From NCBI GenBank assembly GCA_017654855.1, contig CM030335.1, forward strand, positions 1,612,001 to 1,676,000: a stretch of DNA of 64,000 nt, read 5' to 3'. This document shows positions 12,202-24,569 of the stretch, piece after piece. The position numbers and the translations under genes were made by a program. The notes below the pieces were generated by a model, which was not told where the DNA came from, searched no databases, and saw only the letters and a program-made list of their open reading frames with translations. Within the stretch, counting starts at the first letter, position 1; every line of letters starts with the position of its first letter. The stretch is from Podospora anserina (lineage: Eukaryota).

Positions 12202-15200
12202 CAGCACCCAAACCTCAACTGTCGAGGGGTGTCATCCATCATCAACCATCCCATCTTTCTTTGTTCCAAGACCTCATCAGAGTGATGTATCCCATGGAGT
12301 CGAAAGCTCCCCTCATTTGGATACCGCCACACCCAAGGTAATAACCGATGTTTCATGCTGCCTAGTACCTCCAAGTTCACACTCAGGATCATCCCTCACA
12401 GGTGAGTCATGAAGAAGCAAGGTATGCCCATGCTTTATTTGCAGCTTCAATATAGCTTCATGTGACACCAAACCATCCCCCATCGAGCAGGTCCCTCTCT
12501 CAGCCCAACGGCACACACGATGCAACTGCCCGTCGGGACAAAAGCAGAATTGCATCGTGGCAGCACATACACCCAAGCAACATCTTATCGCGATAAAGTG
12601 ATCCCCAGTCGCCCCCATCCAATCGATCATGACCATCACCGCCACCATAAGAATTATCCAGGCGCTTGCCTCGCTTTTATTTTTCTGGCCTCAATCCAAT
12701 AAATCCTGGTCACAGAATGAAAAGAGTGGCAAATGAGCGAGCCCCTTGAAATAAGGACCAATCTTCAAAACACCTCAAAACCGGGTTAATCCAACCGCCA
12801 TCCCGCAGAGGACCTACCGACCTACCCTATCGCATCTCGCTCCGTCCCGCCCTTCCTCCGCGGCGCCGTGGTCCAATTCCCGAAAGGCCCAGCCACAAAA
12901 TGCACAACCACCCTTGAGCCATCACCAGCCGGTTTGACCACCACCACTTGATGAGAATTATCCGGGTTACTATTCATTGTCTCGGCCGGCAAGGCGAGCT
13001 CCCAATATCATCCCCTCCCGGGGCTGGAAAGATGGGGGGAAATACACAGGAGGGTTGCTCACCCTTCTTTGTACTCTGTATCACAGGTGGTGGAAAGTAG
13101 CCTCGGTGTAGAATACGAGAACGCCGAAGCATCGCGAGGCTCGCCTGATCAAGGTGAGTTTACCGAGCGGGAAGCGGTTGACGCCGTTGAGGTGCATCTG
13201 CAACACAATGCCAATGGTAATGTTAAGCTTTTGCCCATCTTCCTCGCGTCTGCGCAATCCCGTCATTCTCCCCTCACTTCTGGTCAGGCACAAATATCGA
13301 TATTACCCCGCATGGGGAGAAGACACGTCGGCGTATAGAGAAATACCTCGCGCAAGGCGCGTCCCGGGGTATAGGAACATATCAGCGCATTCTCTGGCTG
13401 ATAGTGGTGCGCTTGAAGAAATTGCCTGTCACACAATTGGAATGTCGAACCCCTAGCCTTGTAATCCCATCACGCAACGAGGTATGTACTGGCAAGACAG
13501 AGTCAGGTGTTGGTGTGTATGATGCCGTGGAACGGAGCACGGCCGTCGTGCCTCGCTCCCCCGTGGGACAATGGACCTCCAAGGTGAGGTGTGCAACCCG
13601 GGTCCGAGGACGGGAACGGAGGGAGGAAGGGTGTTGATGATCAATCCTTGGTAGAACTCACCGGAAATTCTGTGAGGAAAATTGTCTCCAAGCCGACATC
13701 TCCCCGTCGTTCCAAAGGCCCGAGTCCAGAACACTTCTCCGGATATTGCCCCCGGTAGTGCGAACTAAATCGCGGAAGATCCCTTCCCTCTTCTGGTACT
13801 TCCGAGGATCCGCTATCATCTCTCTCCCCACCGCGACCCGGAAATCGTTCCAAGGCAACGGGAAAATTGTCCAGCAACCACAAGTGCCACGAGGGGAATT
13901 CCCACTGGTTTCAGCCTTGATCAGGAGCTAATTCCCAACACCCGGCATTGCAAACCTTGGAAAGCAATCGACGATTTCAACGATGTGCCGGTCATAATGA
14001 CGACGACGACATTGCCGAGCGATCACGGCGGTGTCCGATATTGCGCACAGTGGAGTTTTGTTCACTTTTTTTTGCATTTCTCAGCTCTGGGGCTTCGGCC
14101 CTGAGTGGAGAGGAAATTTACATTTTCAGCTTGTTGGGTAATGAGAAGAAGCAAAGGCGGCGCAGAAGTTGATTGCTGGATCTTTTGGTGGTGGTGGTGG
14201 TGGAACAAGTCAGCCATGTCGGCGTGTTTTTCGAAATTCCTTCTGTCGGCGCCGAAGGCGAGGCTTTGTGCTGCCAGTCAAAGCCCTCCGACGGCACCGC
14301 GGAGGCCCAGCCAGTGCCTTGCATTGTAACAAGTGCGATGCTGAGAAACCGTGATACCTACTGTTGGGTCTTGTGCAGGTAGCAAATGGTTTCTTTTACC
14401 ATCCCTTGGTTGGGGGGGGGGGCGGGGAGGGGGGGCGATCGGCAGTGTTCGAAAGAATGTCCTTGTCGCAGGATGGAGCTGTTTGTTCTTCATTCAGCTC
14501 CAGCGAGATCGCGAGACATGCGCTTTGATGTCTCTGCATTTTGTTGACTTGCACCCCTATTGCCCCTGCAGACTGCGCAAGCTTGCCCTTTCTTTTGGCT
14601 CTTGTTCTTCTGTCGGATCTCAGGATGAAGCCAGATGATGAATCGATTGCGATCTTTTGCATCACTCACAGGCCCAGGGGTACTGAAAAATCCAGGGGGC
14701 TCTCGTGGGAGTGGAGGTTGCGTCCCCGCGGGGCCAGCCCCAATGAGGTTAAGCGTCAGGAACAGCCGTTCTATTGGATCGCGGAAGCATTGACGGACCC
14801 GTGATGGTGGGACGGATGTGCGCGGTTAACGGCCAGGGGGGGAGGGGGCGTGAATATAGCCATCAGGGGGGAGAAGGCGGGAAGCAGCGAGAACGCTTGT
14901 CGAAGGTTGGAACACTTTTTGACTTCTGACAGCCAGTGGCTCCTGAACTGCCCCTTGGCAGATTTTGGTGATGCTCCTCATGACGGCCATCTTTGGGGCT
15001 GCTTTTGTGCCTGGCCGAGGATGCCCGGCTCACTGCCGAGGGCCCGACCGGCCGTAGCATTTCCAGACTGTTATTTCTCTGTTGTCCGAGGTCGGGTGAG
15101 GTCTGTCCGCTCTGCAACCCTCTCGATGGCCTCGTCACATCGTGCGGAGGGAAACGAATGGGCGGGAGGCGCCAAAACGGGCTCGCTTGGCCGGTCCAAT

Positions 15201-17729
15201 CGGGAACAGATGCTATCACCATTGGCAAGTTGAAATTGGGACCATTTCTTTGTTGTCCGACCGTGAATTCGTTTGAGGCTCTGCGTCCATGTCCGCACAC
15301 CGTCACTGGATGCACTTGTCCGCCGTGCTGGCCACAGAGATCACCCCACGATCGTCTGCAGGCCTCATTCGTTTGCCTTCGGGAATTCCAACCAGGATTG
15401 ACGCCATCCATCCATGGTGACCAAGATGCGGGGGTGTGCATCTTCCCTGCCCCCTTTCCCCCGCACTCTTTTGCCGCCCGGTGACAGAGACTCGAAGGAG
15501 GGATTTTGGCGGCGCAGAGTAAAGGAGAAGGATAGGTGTTGCTGCTTGGTTTGCTTTTGTCTTTTCATAGCGCCGATGCAAAGCGTTGATCGAGTTGGAG
15601 TCTTGGATCTTTTGGGTGGTTGAAGATGGTGGGGCAGTTGCGGAAGACTGCCGGAGACAATCGTCCAGTGCCACGATAGCAGCGACCAATCTGCACTCAG
15701 GATACGCTTCAGAAAAAGGGGGGTTGTATTCCGTCGTCTTCTGTTCTGGACCCTGAACATGTCTCGGAGTTCTTCTAGTAGTGACGTGAAGTGCCAATGG
15801 GAGGATTTGGCTGGAGAGTTGTATCATGAAGCTGATCCAGGGCACAGTGGGGGAGGATGCGCAAACATCAAAACCAATGCCGAATGGTGAGTGCCGGATG
15901 CCGGATCTTGTCCTCTTCTAACCAACCGCTCCAGAGTTTCCTTCCGAATTCAGCGGCAGATAGGCTGAAAAGGGGGCAATGGGCAGCGGAAGAGGGTTAC
16001 AGCTTCATGCATACCGTGCAGTGTGCCGTGACATGTTCTGTTTCTGCCCTCGCAGCTCCTGCATCTGCGCCATGGAAACCATCACTTTCAGGGCGGCGGA
16101 CGAAGTGTTGAAACTAGCGTAGGCTTCGTAAGGTAGCGTGTGCCATTCTCTTCTGAAGCTGGGCTGACTTGTCGCCCCCATTGTCTCTTTCTTTCCACTC
16201 GGTCGGGAACACAAAGTGTGCACACAATTAAAGCGCAAAAGTTGCATGTCATGGATCCGTATGAGACTGTTCCAGGTCGACACAGGCAAGGAGGTGCTGG
16301 TTCGAGGTCATGGCAACGGGCAGCAGTTTCCCCTCGCACAGCTCGAGGCACTGACCAGTCGTTTTCGTCTGTTTCCGTTTCCAAAATTTCTTCTTCATCC
16401 CCTGTTCATTTGTTGCGTGCACACCCCACTGTCCCCCACCTGAAGCTCTCACGCAGGTCCTGACCAATGAAGAGTGGTGACTGCTGTCGATGCACGGACT
16501 CATGTGGGGCCGAACGAGTCCAGGGAAAGGGGTCACAGCCAATGATGAACCCCAATTCCGGGATGTCTCGGGGTCTTAGGCACACGCCCCTCTTCGGCGG
16601 TTTGACAGCGAGATGCTGGCCTGCCTGACTTGATCTCCACCTGCGCTGGGAGTGTGCCGTGGATGCAATCTTGCCCTGGGCCGCTGGACCTGGCTTGTCT
16701 TCTCCCAAGGTCCTGCTGCCTTTCCCCAGATCCAAAATCTCGTCAGATCCCCCCTCGTTCTAGGTTTCCAACCTCACCTCACCTGTCGACGCTTTCTTCA
16801 ACTGCCGGTCCTGTTCTCGCGCCGCTCTTTTCCCTTCGCAACACGCTCGTTGATCCGCTCATTTGCCTGTCGAACCGACCACCCGCGTAGCACTCGACCG
16901 ATTCCGAAGAAAGACCACACGAGACACATTCTTTTGATCCGAACTCCTCGATATCTTCTTCACATTTTGCCACCCTTCTTCAGCCCAAGCAGCTCAGCTC
17001 AGCTCAGTCCAGGGCTCAATACGAAGTACCGAAGTCAACTACTGCCGCCGGGCTATTCTGCCAGGAACCATCCACGGGACGGTGCAGCATCAACGTGCCA
17101 CTGCCGTTTAACTCCGTACCGCATGTCGATTCGATAGCCTGCGCCCGCCGCTTCACTCCTATCTTGGTCGTTTATTTCACTGGAACTGCCTCCCAACTTG
17201 TTTATGTTTCCGCAGCAATCCCTTTGAACTGGTTTTTTTGGTGGACGCTAGGCTGTTAGCTGGGAGACATCAACTCTTTTGGCCACGCTAATGGTGAGTG
17301 AGCACCTGATCAACATTCCCCCGCCCTATAACCTGGTCTGCCAGTCGGAGCTGGACCGCTCCCCTGTGAATTCACCCGGTTGCCCCAACTCGTTAGAAAA
17401 GGATCGGGGACTCGGAGGAGGCAATTTTGGTCAGGCAAGGGCGTTGGGCTCTTGTCGATCATATTGGTAGACCGCTGTTCTCACCTTCACTTCACATCCA
17501 GCTTCACATCCCAACTCTTTATGAGTGAAAACCCGCCAATGTGTGCAAATGAGTTATGCTGACAGGTTCCCTTTTCATCCAGTCTGTGTGATATCCACCC
17601 GAGTTGTATTGGTCAAATTCACCGCCCCTTTCGCTACATCTTCATCTGCCGCTTCTCCTGCGCGGTGCATCACCAAGTCAAGAATCGACAAGCTTGCTCA
17701 TCGATTGAATAGACAATCAGTTTCTCAAC

Positions 17730-20700
17730 ATGAACCGGTTCAGGACAAAGAAGAAGCAGAAGGAGGTGGAGGCGCCGACGACTCGGTCGAGTGAGGACTC
17801 GGAGCAGTCGTCTCTTCCCTTCAGAGGGTTTCGCAATCGCAAAAAGGTTCAGCAGGAGGAGACCAAGCCAGAGTTCGATCTCGCCACTGCTCTTCCTTCC
17901 ACCGATGATTTCCGGACCAGTCTGTTGATGTCTAACCTCTCCGCCCGGTTCTCCATGCTGAGGGAACAAGATGATCCAAACACCAAGATTGGGAAGGCCA
18001 GCGATGACAGCGTATTATACCCAAATCGACAGTCCCGCATGGCCGACTTTGGGTTCTCTGGTGGTGCTGGTTTGGCTGACATCGCTGAGGTGGAGTCGAT
18101 CAGGGCTGCTACTTTTTTGCGAAAAGACTCTTTTGCGTCTGATGACACCGACGTGAAAGGGGGTGTTATGAACCGTTCAAAGCCGCTAGAGGGCAACAAC
18201 TTGTTTGGCGGGCGACAAAAAGTTTACAAAATTCCGGCTGGGTCAAAGGCTGCTGCAGGAGGCCTGGGAGGACGGGCTTTGTACGACGACGACGTTCCAA
18301 TGTCGGCTTTTCAGAAATGGAGACAAGCTGAACGGGAGAGGTCTATGGAGAGAGGAGAGGCTCAGTCAGATCAGCCCGAAGAAGATGTTGAGCCAACGCG
18401 GTCGGCATCTCCTCCACCCAGTGCGTACAACCAAAAAAGGGAGACATCCTCAACCATGTCATCGGCTTCCAACTTGGCTCGCAACTCCACAGCGGCCACT
18501 TCGATTACCTCTCAGACTGCCAATAGCGTCAAGGATTCGTCCTCAGCGGCAACTTCCTCGACTACCGCGAATACTGGGCCGGTCACGAGAGCGAGACGGC
18601 TGTATGAGCAGGGTCTTAATCAGGATCTACAAGAGCAGCAATCCTCTGCCTTGTCTCGTCTCGATACAATGACCCGCCAAAGACCCTTTGGCACCCGCAA
18701 TGACGCAGGCGCGGCACCTTCCCCCTCAACTGCCTTTGCTCTCGACAGATCAGTGAGCGAGAGACGGGCAATGTTGGCAAAGGCTAGCGCCCCAAATCTG
18801 AGGACCCCCAGCTCTGCCACCACTGCGTCTCCTGTGAGCTCAGCGAGCTCAGTTCCGAAGCCTTCGCCTCAGCCTGAAGCAAAGACAAACTTCGGCGCCG
18901 CACCCCCTCTCAGTCCACCCATCAGCGAGACCGGCGAACAGCCCTTCCTGCCAATTCAGCCAAACGATGTTGGCAAGGCGACGGCCCTTGGCATGTTCCA
19001 GAAGCCATCGCAACCGTATGATGAATCCACGTACGCCCAGCGCCAGATTCAGCTGCAACAGGGCAGGGAGACGCCTACCCCAAAAATCAGCCTCGATGCC
19101 AGCAGCAACCTTTCGCCGCCGTCACAAGCCTCACAGGGGATGCCGCCAACCCCGGTTCCCGACTCCGAGCTTCCAACCCCACCGATCATCTCCAACCTAA
19201 ACCTGTCTCACTCCACGCCCGACCTCAGCCTCCAACGCCCGGCTGACGAGGACCACCCAGCTCTCAGGCAATCGGCAATGCCTACCCCCCTCTCCGTCAC
19301 CCCAAGGGTTTCTAGCCCGCCTCCGACCATCCGGACATCGTCTGAAGAGTCTGAAGAGCCAGTGCCAATCGATTCGCCAACCCTGGGCCCAGCTCCCGGC
19401 TTGGCTGGCTTGAGCGGCATGGTTCGCCAACACCTGCGTAGTGAAAGCACAAACTCGTCGATCTACGACGGCGGACCTCAGACATCAGGCGTTGACTCCC
19501 GCTTCAACACGACACTGTTCAGCCCATCTATTGTTAACGACCTTGCGTCCCGCTCAAACCCTTGGATGAATGGTGATCAAGAGTGGGCTGTTTCGTACTA
19601 CGGCGGTAACCCTGACAAGGAGCCAGCTCCAGAGACAGCTAACCCAGATGTAACCCCCGAAGCCAAGGCCGATATCACCGAAGAAGAAGTCGATGAGTTT
19701 GCCACCCAGCTCGCCGATGCCCGCCGTCGTGTCAGGGAGAAGTTGACGTCGTATGTCGAGTCCGATAGCAGCAGAGCCGGTTCCCCTGTGCCCCAAGAGG
19801 CGGCGCCTCCCGCGTCATCAACATCATTGAGTCTTGGTATCCTCAAGTCGAAGTCGAGCAAGGGTTCCATTGTGGAGCGATCGCGAAACACTAGCGCTGC
19901 GCCATCGAAAGTCACCAAGATGCTGGGAATTGGTGCTGCAACCATGAGCACCTCTCCGTTGCCAACCAAGCAATCCTTCGATGACAAGGATGTCTCGACA
20001 CTTGCCACTATGAGAGAGGAGTCCAGACAGCAAGAGGCCGAGTCGCAGGACACCCGCCATTCTTCGGAATCAGCGACTAGCGGTGAACCAGCGACCAAGC
20101 CAGAGGATGAAGACAGTTCCCGTACTCCTCCTGGTCTGAGAGCGTTCCAGAAAGCCAGACGGGAACTTCAGAAACGCAAGGAGCTGGAGACGCTGGCGCG
20201 CCGTCAAGCCACGCAAACATCAGCCGCTGCCGATGGCCAAACACCCCTTCAGCCCCCCCCTAGAGCTGACCGTAGCATGAACCAACGCTCGCCGCCGAGC
20301 GGCGATAGGAGACCGCCTCCCGTAACATACCGGCCACGTGCTCCCAGTGACGAAAGCAACTACAGCAACTCCCCGAGTGGACGCGATCGCAGTGGCTCGG
20401 AGAGATCGGAGGGTGGTGGTCGTTCGCATAGCCGCCCTCCTCGCCTGATGACCAACGGCAACATTATGTCTCACGATCAGTTGGCTCCCTGTAGTGCTCG
20501 CACACCAATGATGCGCTCTCCTGGTCTGCCAGGGACTGACATCAAGGGGTCTCCCATCATGCCTCCTCATCCCTATCCCGGCCGCGGGGTTCCGTCACCG
20601 GCCGCCTCTCCCATGCTCAACCAGTCGAGATCAGTCGGAAATCTGGCTCTACACACGAATCGCCTCGGTATTGACGTCCACCCCGGGCAACCCTCACCCA

Positions 20701-21326
20701 TTTCTCCCATGGGCCTCCCATCCCCGTCGCCCTATGGTGCTGGAGCATCGCCCTCGCCGGTTGGAACACCCACTTCGTTCGGTCCCCGGATAGGTCGACA
20801 ACCATCAGTCTCTCAATCGCCAGCCTTGGGACCGGTGAATGCGAAGCGAATTGTCGACAAGCGAGAAATTTCCGAGCCCACGCTCATGTCAGCCACCACT
20901 CGCGTCCCAACCGTTAACCTCCCCCACCAGCGTGCTATGGGCCCGGATGGAAACGATAGAGGACGCCCGTATCCGGAGTCGAGGTCACGTTCGAGCAGCC
21001 GCGGGGGTGCGCCGCCGCCTCTGCCTCCGATCAATCCACGACGCAGACGAGATGATTCGAGTGCTGGACGCATGCCGGAAGATTCCGGCATGGCTGCCCC
21101 GAGGTTGCCTTTCGCCAGCCAAGCGAACCACAGTGCTTCCAGTCTTGACCATGCCAGCGAAGACGAGATGGGCCGCCGCAGATTGCGCAAGGCCAGGCCC
21201 TCCGATGGACCTACTCCCCCAAGCGCCAGGACCTCTGGCGGAACTCGAGACAATAGCCCACCATTTCTTGCCAAGGGCCCTCTGCCGAGAATGAACCCAG
21301 GCATGGGCCCCGGTGGCATGATTTAA
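17730..21326 (+). CDS. Large Ser/Pro/Arg-rich, mostly disordered conserved fungal hypothetical protein (1198 aa)
   Basis: Uninterrupted 3.6-kb ORF with good start context (CAAC ATG). The N-terminal block ALPSTDDFRTSLLMSNLSARFSMLREQDDP is one I recognise from Pezizomycotina hypothetical proteins. Confidence 0.92.
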   Translation: MNRFRTKKKQKEVEAPTTRSSEDSEQSSLPFRGFRNRKKVQQEETKPEFDLATALPSTDDFRTSLLMSNLSARFSMLREQDDPNTKIGKASDDSVLYPNRQSRMADFGFSGGAGLADIAEVESIRAATFLRKDSFASDDTDVKGGVMNRSKPLEGNNLFGGRQKVYKIPAGSKAAAGGLGGRALYDDDVPMSAFQKWRQAERERSMERGEAQSDQPEEDVEPTRSASPPPSAYNQKRETSSTMSSASNLARNSTAATSITSQTANSVKDSSSAATSSTTANTGPVTRARRLYEQGLNQDLQEQQSSALSRLDTMTRQRPFGTRNDAGAAPSPSTAFALDRSVSERRAMLAKASAPNLRTPSSATTASPVSSASSVPKPSPQPEAKTNFGAAPPLSPPISETGEQPFLPIQPNDVGKATALGMFQKPSQPYDESTYAQRQIQLQQGRETPTPKISLDASSNLSPPSQASQGMPPTPVPDSELPTPPIISNLNLSHSTPDLSLQRPADEDHPALRQSAMPTPLSVTPRVSSPPPTIRTSSEESEEPVPIDSPTLGPAPGLAGLSGMVRQHLRSESTNSSIYDGGPQTSGVDSRFNTTLFSPSIVNDLASRSNPWMNGDQEWAVSYYGGNPDKEPAPETANPDVTPEAKADITEEEVDEFATQLADARRRVREKLTSYVESDSSRAGSPVPQEAAPPASSTSLSLGILKSKSSKGSIVERSRNTSAAPSKVTKMLGIGAATMSTSPLPTKQSFDDKDVSTLATMREESRQQEAESQDTRHSSESATSGEPATKPEDEDSSRTPPGLRAFQKARRELQKRKELETLARRQATQTSAAADGQTPLQPPPRADRSMNQRSPPSGDRRPPPVTYRPRAPSDESNYSNSPSGRDRSGSERSEGGGRSHSRPPRLMTNGNIMSHDQLAPCSARTPMMRSPGLPGTDIKGSPIMPPHPYPGRGVPSPAASPMLNQSRSVGNLALHTNRLGIDVHPGQPSPISPMGLPSPSPYGAGASPSPVGTPTSFGPRIGRQPSVSQSPALGPVNAKRIVDKREISEPTLMSATTRVPTVNLPHQRAMGPDGNDRGRPYPESRSRSSSRGGAPPPLPPINPRRRRDDSSAGRMPEDSGMAAPRLPFASQANHSASSLDHASEDEMGRRRLRKARPSDGPTPPSARTSGGTRDNSPPFLAKGPLPRMNPGMGPGGMI

Positions 21327-22305
21327 GCATCACTGCTACCACCACCAACTTTTCCTTGTCTCTTCGTACCCGTTGTTCTCTTCTAATATTCCCCCGCGTT
21401 TTTCTCTCCATTGTCTTGCAGACATGTTTTTTTTTCATATATTTGTTTATTTTTCTTTATGTACATCTGGCCCAGGCCAAGGTCATGAGGCTATGAAAAC
21501 CCGAGATACCTCTGTAAAACTAGACTGCGTTTAGGTGTGTGTACATGTGTGGACTGGGAAGGGTGGAAAGGGGGCGGAGCTTGAATTGGTTTGGTTTTTC
21601 TTTTTTTGTTTGTTAGGTCGTGGTTAATGGGTTTCTGGACTGGCTGGTTCTGGTATTGTTCAAAAGAAGTGATATCCCATATGTTGATGTTTTTTTCTTG
21701 TTTTATCTTTGTATCACTGACAGCTTTTTTACTTGTGAGGACCGACTGATTCTGTACTGAGCGGGTCGAGTACCCGCGCTTTATGTACCAGTCGCTGGAT
21801 TTATTGTGGAAGATGTTTTTTGTATGTAGCGTATCAGAGCCACATTTGAGTGGGTGCTTGGTGGATGGGGGATCTTGTAGTTGTAGTTGAGGAAATTGAA
21901 ACAAACAATCAGTCAAATGAAGGTTTTTGGGTTTGAGAGTGTCGCTGATGTGGAAGGCTGCCGCTGGAGGGGCTATGCTTGGAGGATGAGGGGGGTTGAT
22001 GTTTCGTGGATCTCAACCGAAGTTACCCCATTGGTGGCGTTGCTTTGCATGCGGCTCATGTATTGCTCTCTCACCACCACCCCCGCTTCAAGGTCCGGAT
22101 TTTGCACTTTTCTCTCTTGGGAGTTGTAACTTGATTAGGAGAAGGACAGCCTTGATAACAGCATTTATTGTCATTTACAGCCATATGTTGGTTAGGAGTG
22201 GTTGTCAAATTCGCCAATTCTTTTAGTTTCTGCTTCATTTGCTCAAGGCACTCGCCCCGTCTTACCAACCGGCCCCACTTATTCCGACGTCACCTCGTCC
22301 TCACC

Positions 22306-23068
22306 ATGGCATTCATCCGCCCCTTTGTACCAAAGGACACGGAGGACTGCAAGTTTATTGCATGTTTTTCTCCTCCCCTTTTCTTTTGTTTCATGATAAT
22401 AATGTTGATCCATCAAACAGTGCAGAGCTACCCTGCCCCCTTCGCTCGCCTCGTCCCCGGCCTGTGTGGCTATGGCGCCCTACCTCTGGACGTTGCAGTT
22501 CACGCACCTCTTTCCTGAGCACTGTTTTGTGCTTGATGATGGGAGTGGCAGGGCGGTGGGGTATGTCATTGGGACGCCTGACGTTTTTGCGCTGGAGGAA
22601 ATGTATCCGAGGTATGTGGAGGAGGTGTTGGGGAGTGAGCAGGGGAGGAGGGATGTACCGCCTCCGGAGCAGATGGAGAGGTTGGAGGAGTGGTGGGTTG
22701 GGGGGGGTGAGGGGGGAAAGAGGGTGAATGAGAGGTGTTTGGCGCAGACGGCTTATAATGTTAAGTGGTTGGTGCTTGAGGGGGTGGAGGGGAAGAGGGA
22801 GCTTGTGGAGGGGTGGAGGGGGATGTTGCATATTGATTTGTTGGAGGGGTGGCAGAGGAGGGGGTTTGGGAGGGAGATGATTAGACGGTTTGTTGAGGGG
22901 GTGGAGGGCGTGAAAGGGGGGGAGAAGGGGTATGATTATGGGAGGGGGATTCAGTTGGGGGTTGCGGGGGAGAATAAAGGGGTTGTGAGATTTTATGAGG
23001 GGGTTGGGTTTAGGGTTTATCCTGGGGGGGAGAAGGAGGGGAATGTTTGGATGGTGAGGGATTTGTGA
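22306..23068 (+). CDS. GNAT-family N-acetyltransferase (2 exons)
   Basis: MAFIRPF start (CACC ATG). Intron 22360..22420. Motifs CFVLDDGSGRAVGYVIG, LHIDLLEGWQRRGFGREMI (acetyl-CoA-binding Q/RxxGxG) and N..VVRFYEGVGF. Confidence 0.9.
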
Positions 23069-23630
23069 TGGGGGGTTTTGGGAGTGTACCTAGATGATGG
23101 TTTTTAGGGCGAGAACTGTTTGGTAGAATGAGATTGGATCACTGACTTTTAGGTTTGATGATTTGTTGTATGTTTATGTGCCGCTGGGGTCCTGTGGTCA
23201 TGCGCCATGTTTCTTCGCTATATGCGAAGGCATTGTTCAGTGGATTCGGCCTTTCATAGCATGGCGAAGGCTCAACCCACTCCTTCACGACTGGATTTCC
23301 TAGTTGAGTGCCCACTCAGCATGCCCTTGCTGTCACAGATTCCGATGGCATTTGCTGGATGGGAGCCCGCCCGATGTCTTGATCTGTGCCTGCCGCCAAA
23401 GTCGATCTGACCTGGAAAGTGGACTCAGCATTAACCTTGCTCTCGACCTTGATGTCGGCCTCTCCATGATCCCATTTTCGGCCATAGTAATGAACTTGAT
23501 CTTGGCTCCGGCTTTGTGTTTACACCAAGTAGGAAACCTGACCTTTACCTGTAATTTGGTCTTGGTTTTAACCTTGCTCTCGCTTTGATGTTGATGTCAG
23601 TGTCATGCTTCTCAGTGCTAGAGGTCTCAA

Positions 23631-24452
23631 CGCGTGCCCCAGCGCCGGAAGCCTTTCAATCAGCCCGCGTGCCAGCGCCAGAAACTGTGCTTGGTTAAGG
23701 TCGGTTCATGTCACACGGTTTGCGATATCAGTCAGTCCAAATGAGAGGGGAAAAATGTGTATATTCTCTACCATAACCTGCTGCTAGCAACAACTGGTAA
23801 GTCTACCGTACCTACTTACTCACCATAATACCCCTTTTCTCGCCGCGAGCACAGCCGAGACACTCCGATGGCCAATAATCGATTACGCACGGCTAAGAAC
23901 TTGCGGTGTTTGTCGGCATAGGATATCAATAGTGTGTTGCCAAAAAAGACGCGCACGATACAATATGTGTGATGTAAATAGTGTTAAACCATTCTAAGCC
24001 AGGTGTAGCAAATACAAAACCCCTCAAGGACACCAAGATCATATTTCCTTGCTCTCATCTCTTCACTAACTGTTGCCCAAAGCTTTCTGATCAGCCCGCG
24101 CACCTGTGCCAGAAGTTGTGGGATAGCGGACAGTGGTCACTGGTGCAAAAAGCGAGGCGAAAGTGGTGAGAAAAGTGATGACGGTGGAAATCCAACAGAG
24201 AGAAAAGAAAAAGCTACAAAGTGTGTGAAATATTTTTAAAGCAACAAAGCCCTAATCCAGAGCAACCAAGGTGTGGAGTGGACCTGACAAAAGATTTCTA
24301 ATTAGCCGTATACCGGCGCGAGAAGTTCTTTGCTCAGCGCGCGTGCCGGTGCCAGAGGTTTTCTGATCTGCCCGTGTGCTGGCGCTAGAGGCCTGCGTGC
24401 CGGTGCCAACAGCCCGCGTGTCGGCGCAACGAGCCCGCTTGTTGGCGCCGGG
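23631..24452 (+). repeat. Nine same-orientation degenerate copies of a GC-rich unit, consensus about TCAGCCCGCGTGCCGGCGCCAGAAG
   Basis: Copies near 23631, 23660, 24091, 24303, 24334, 24367, 24391, 24411 and 24432. Confidence 0.8.
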
Positions 24453-24569
24453 CACCTTGGACAGCAGCGTTTGCAAGCCCGAAGAGCAGCGTTTTCAAGC
24501 CCGCCTGCCAACTTTTGCTTGGATGGTTTAAGGTTTTTATGCATATTTACATTGGATTACCTGTAGGAA

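Noticed and set aside
14993-15484. Cys-rich 163-aa ORF
   Set aside because: Non-ATG start, no recognisable motif spacing or codon bias, and overlapped by equally long ORFs in other frames.
23631-24452. CRISPR-like appearance of the repeat array
   Set aside because: Eukaryotic DNA, degenerate repeats, no constant-length unique spacers and no cas genes.
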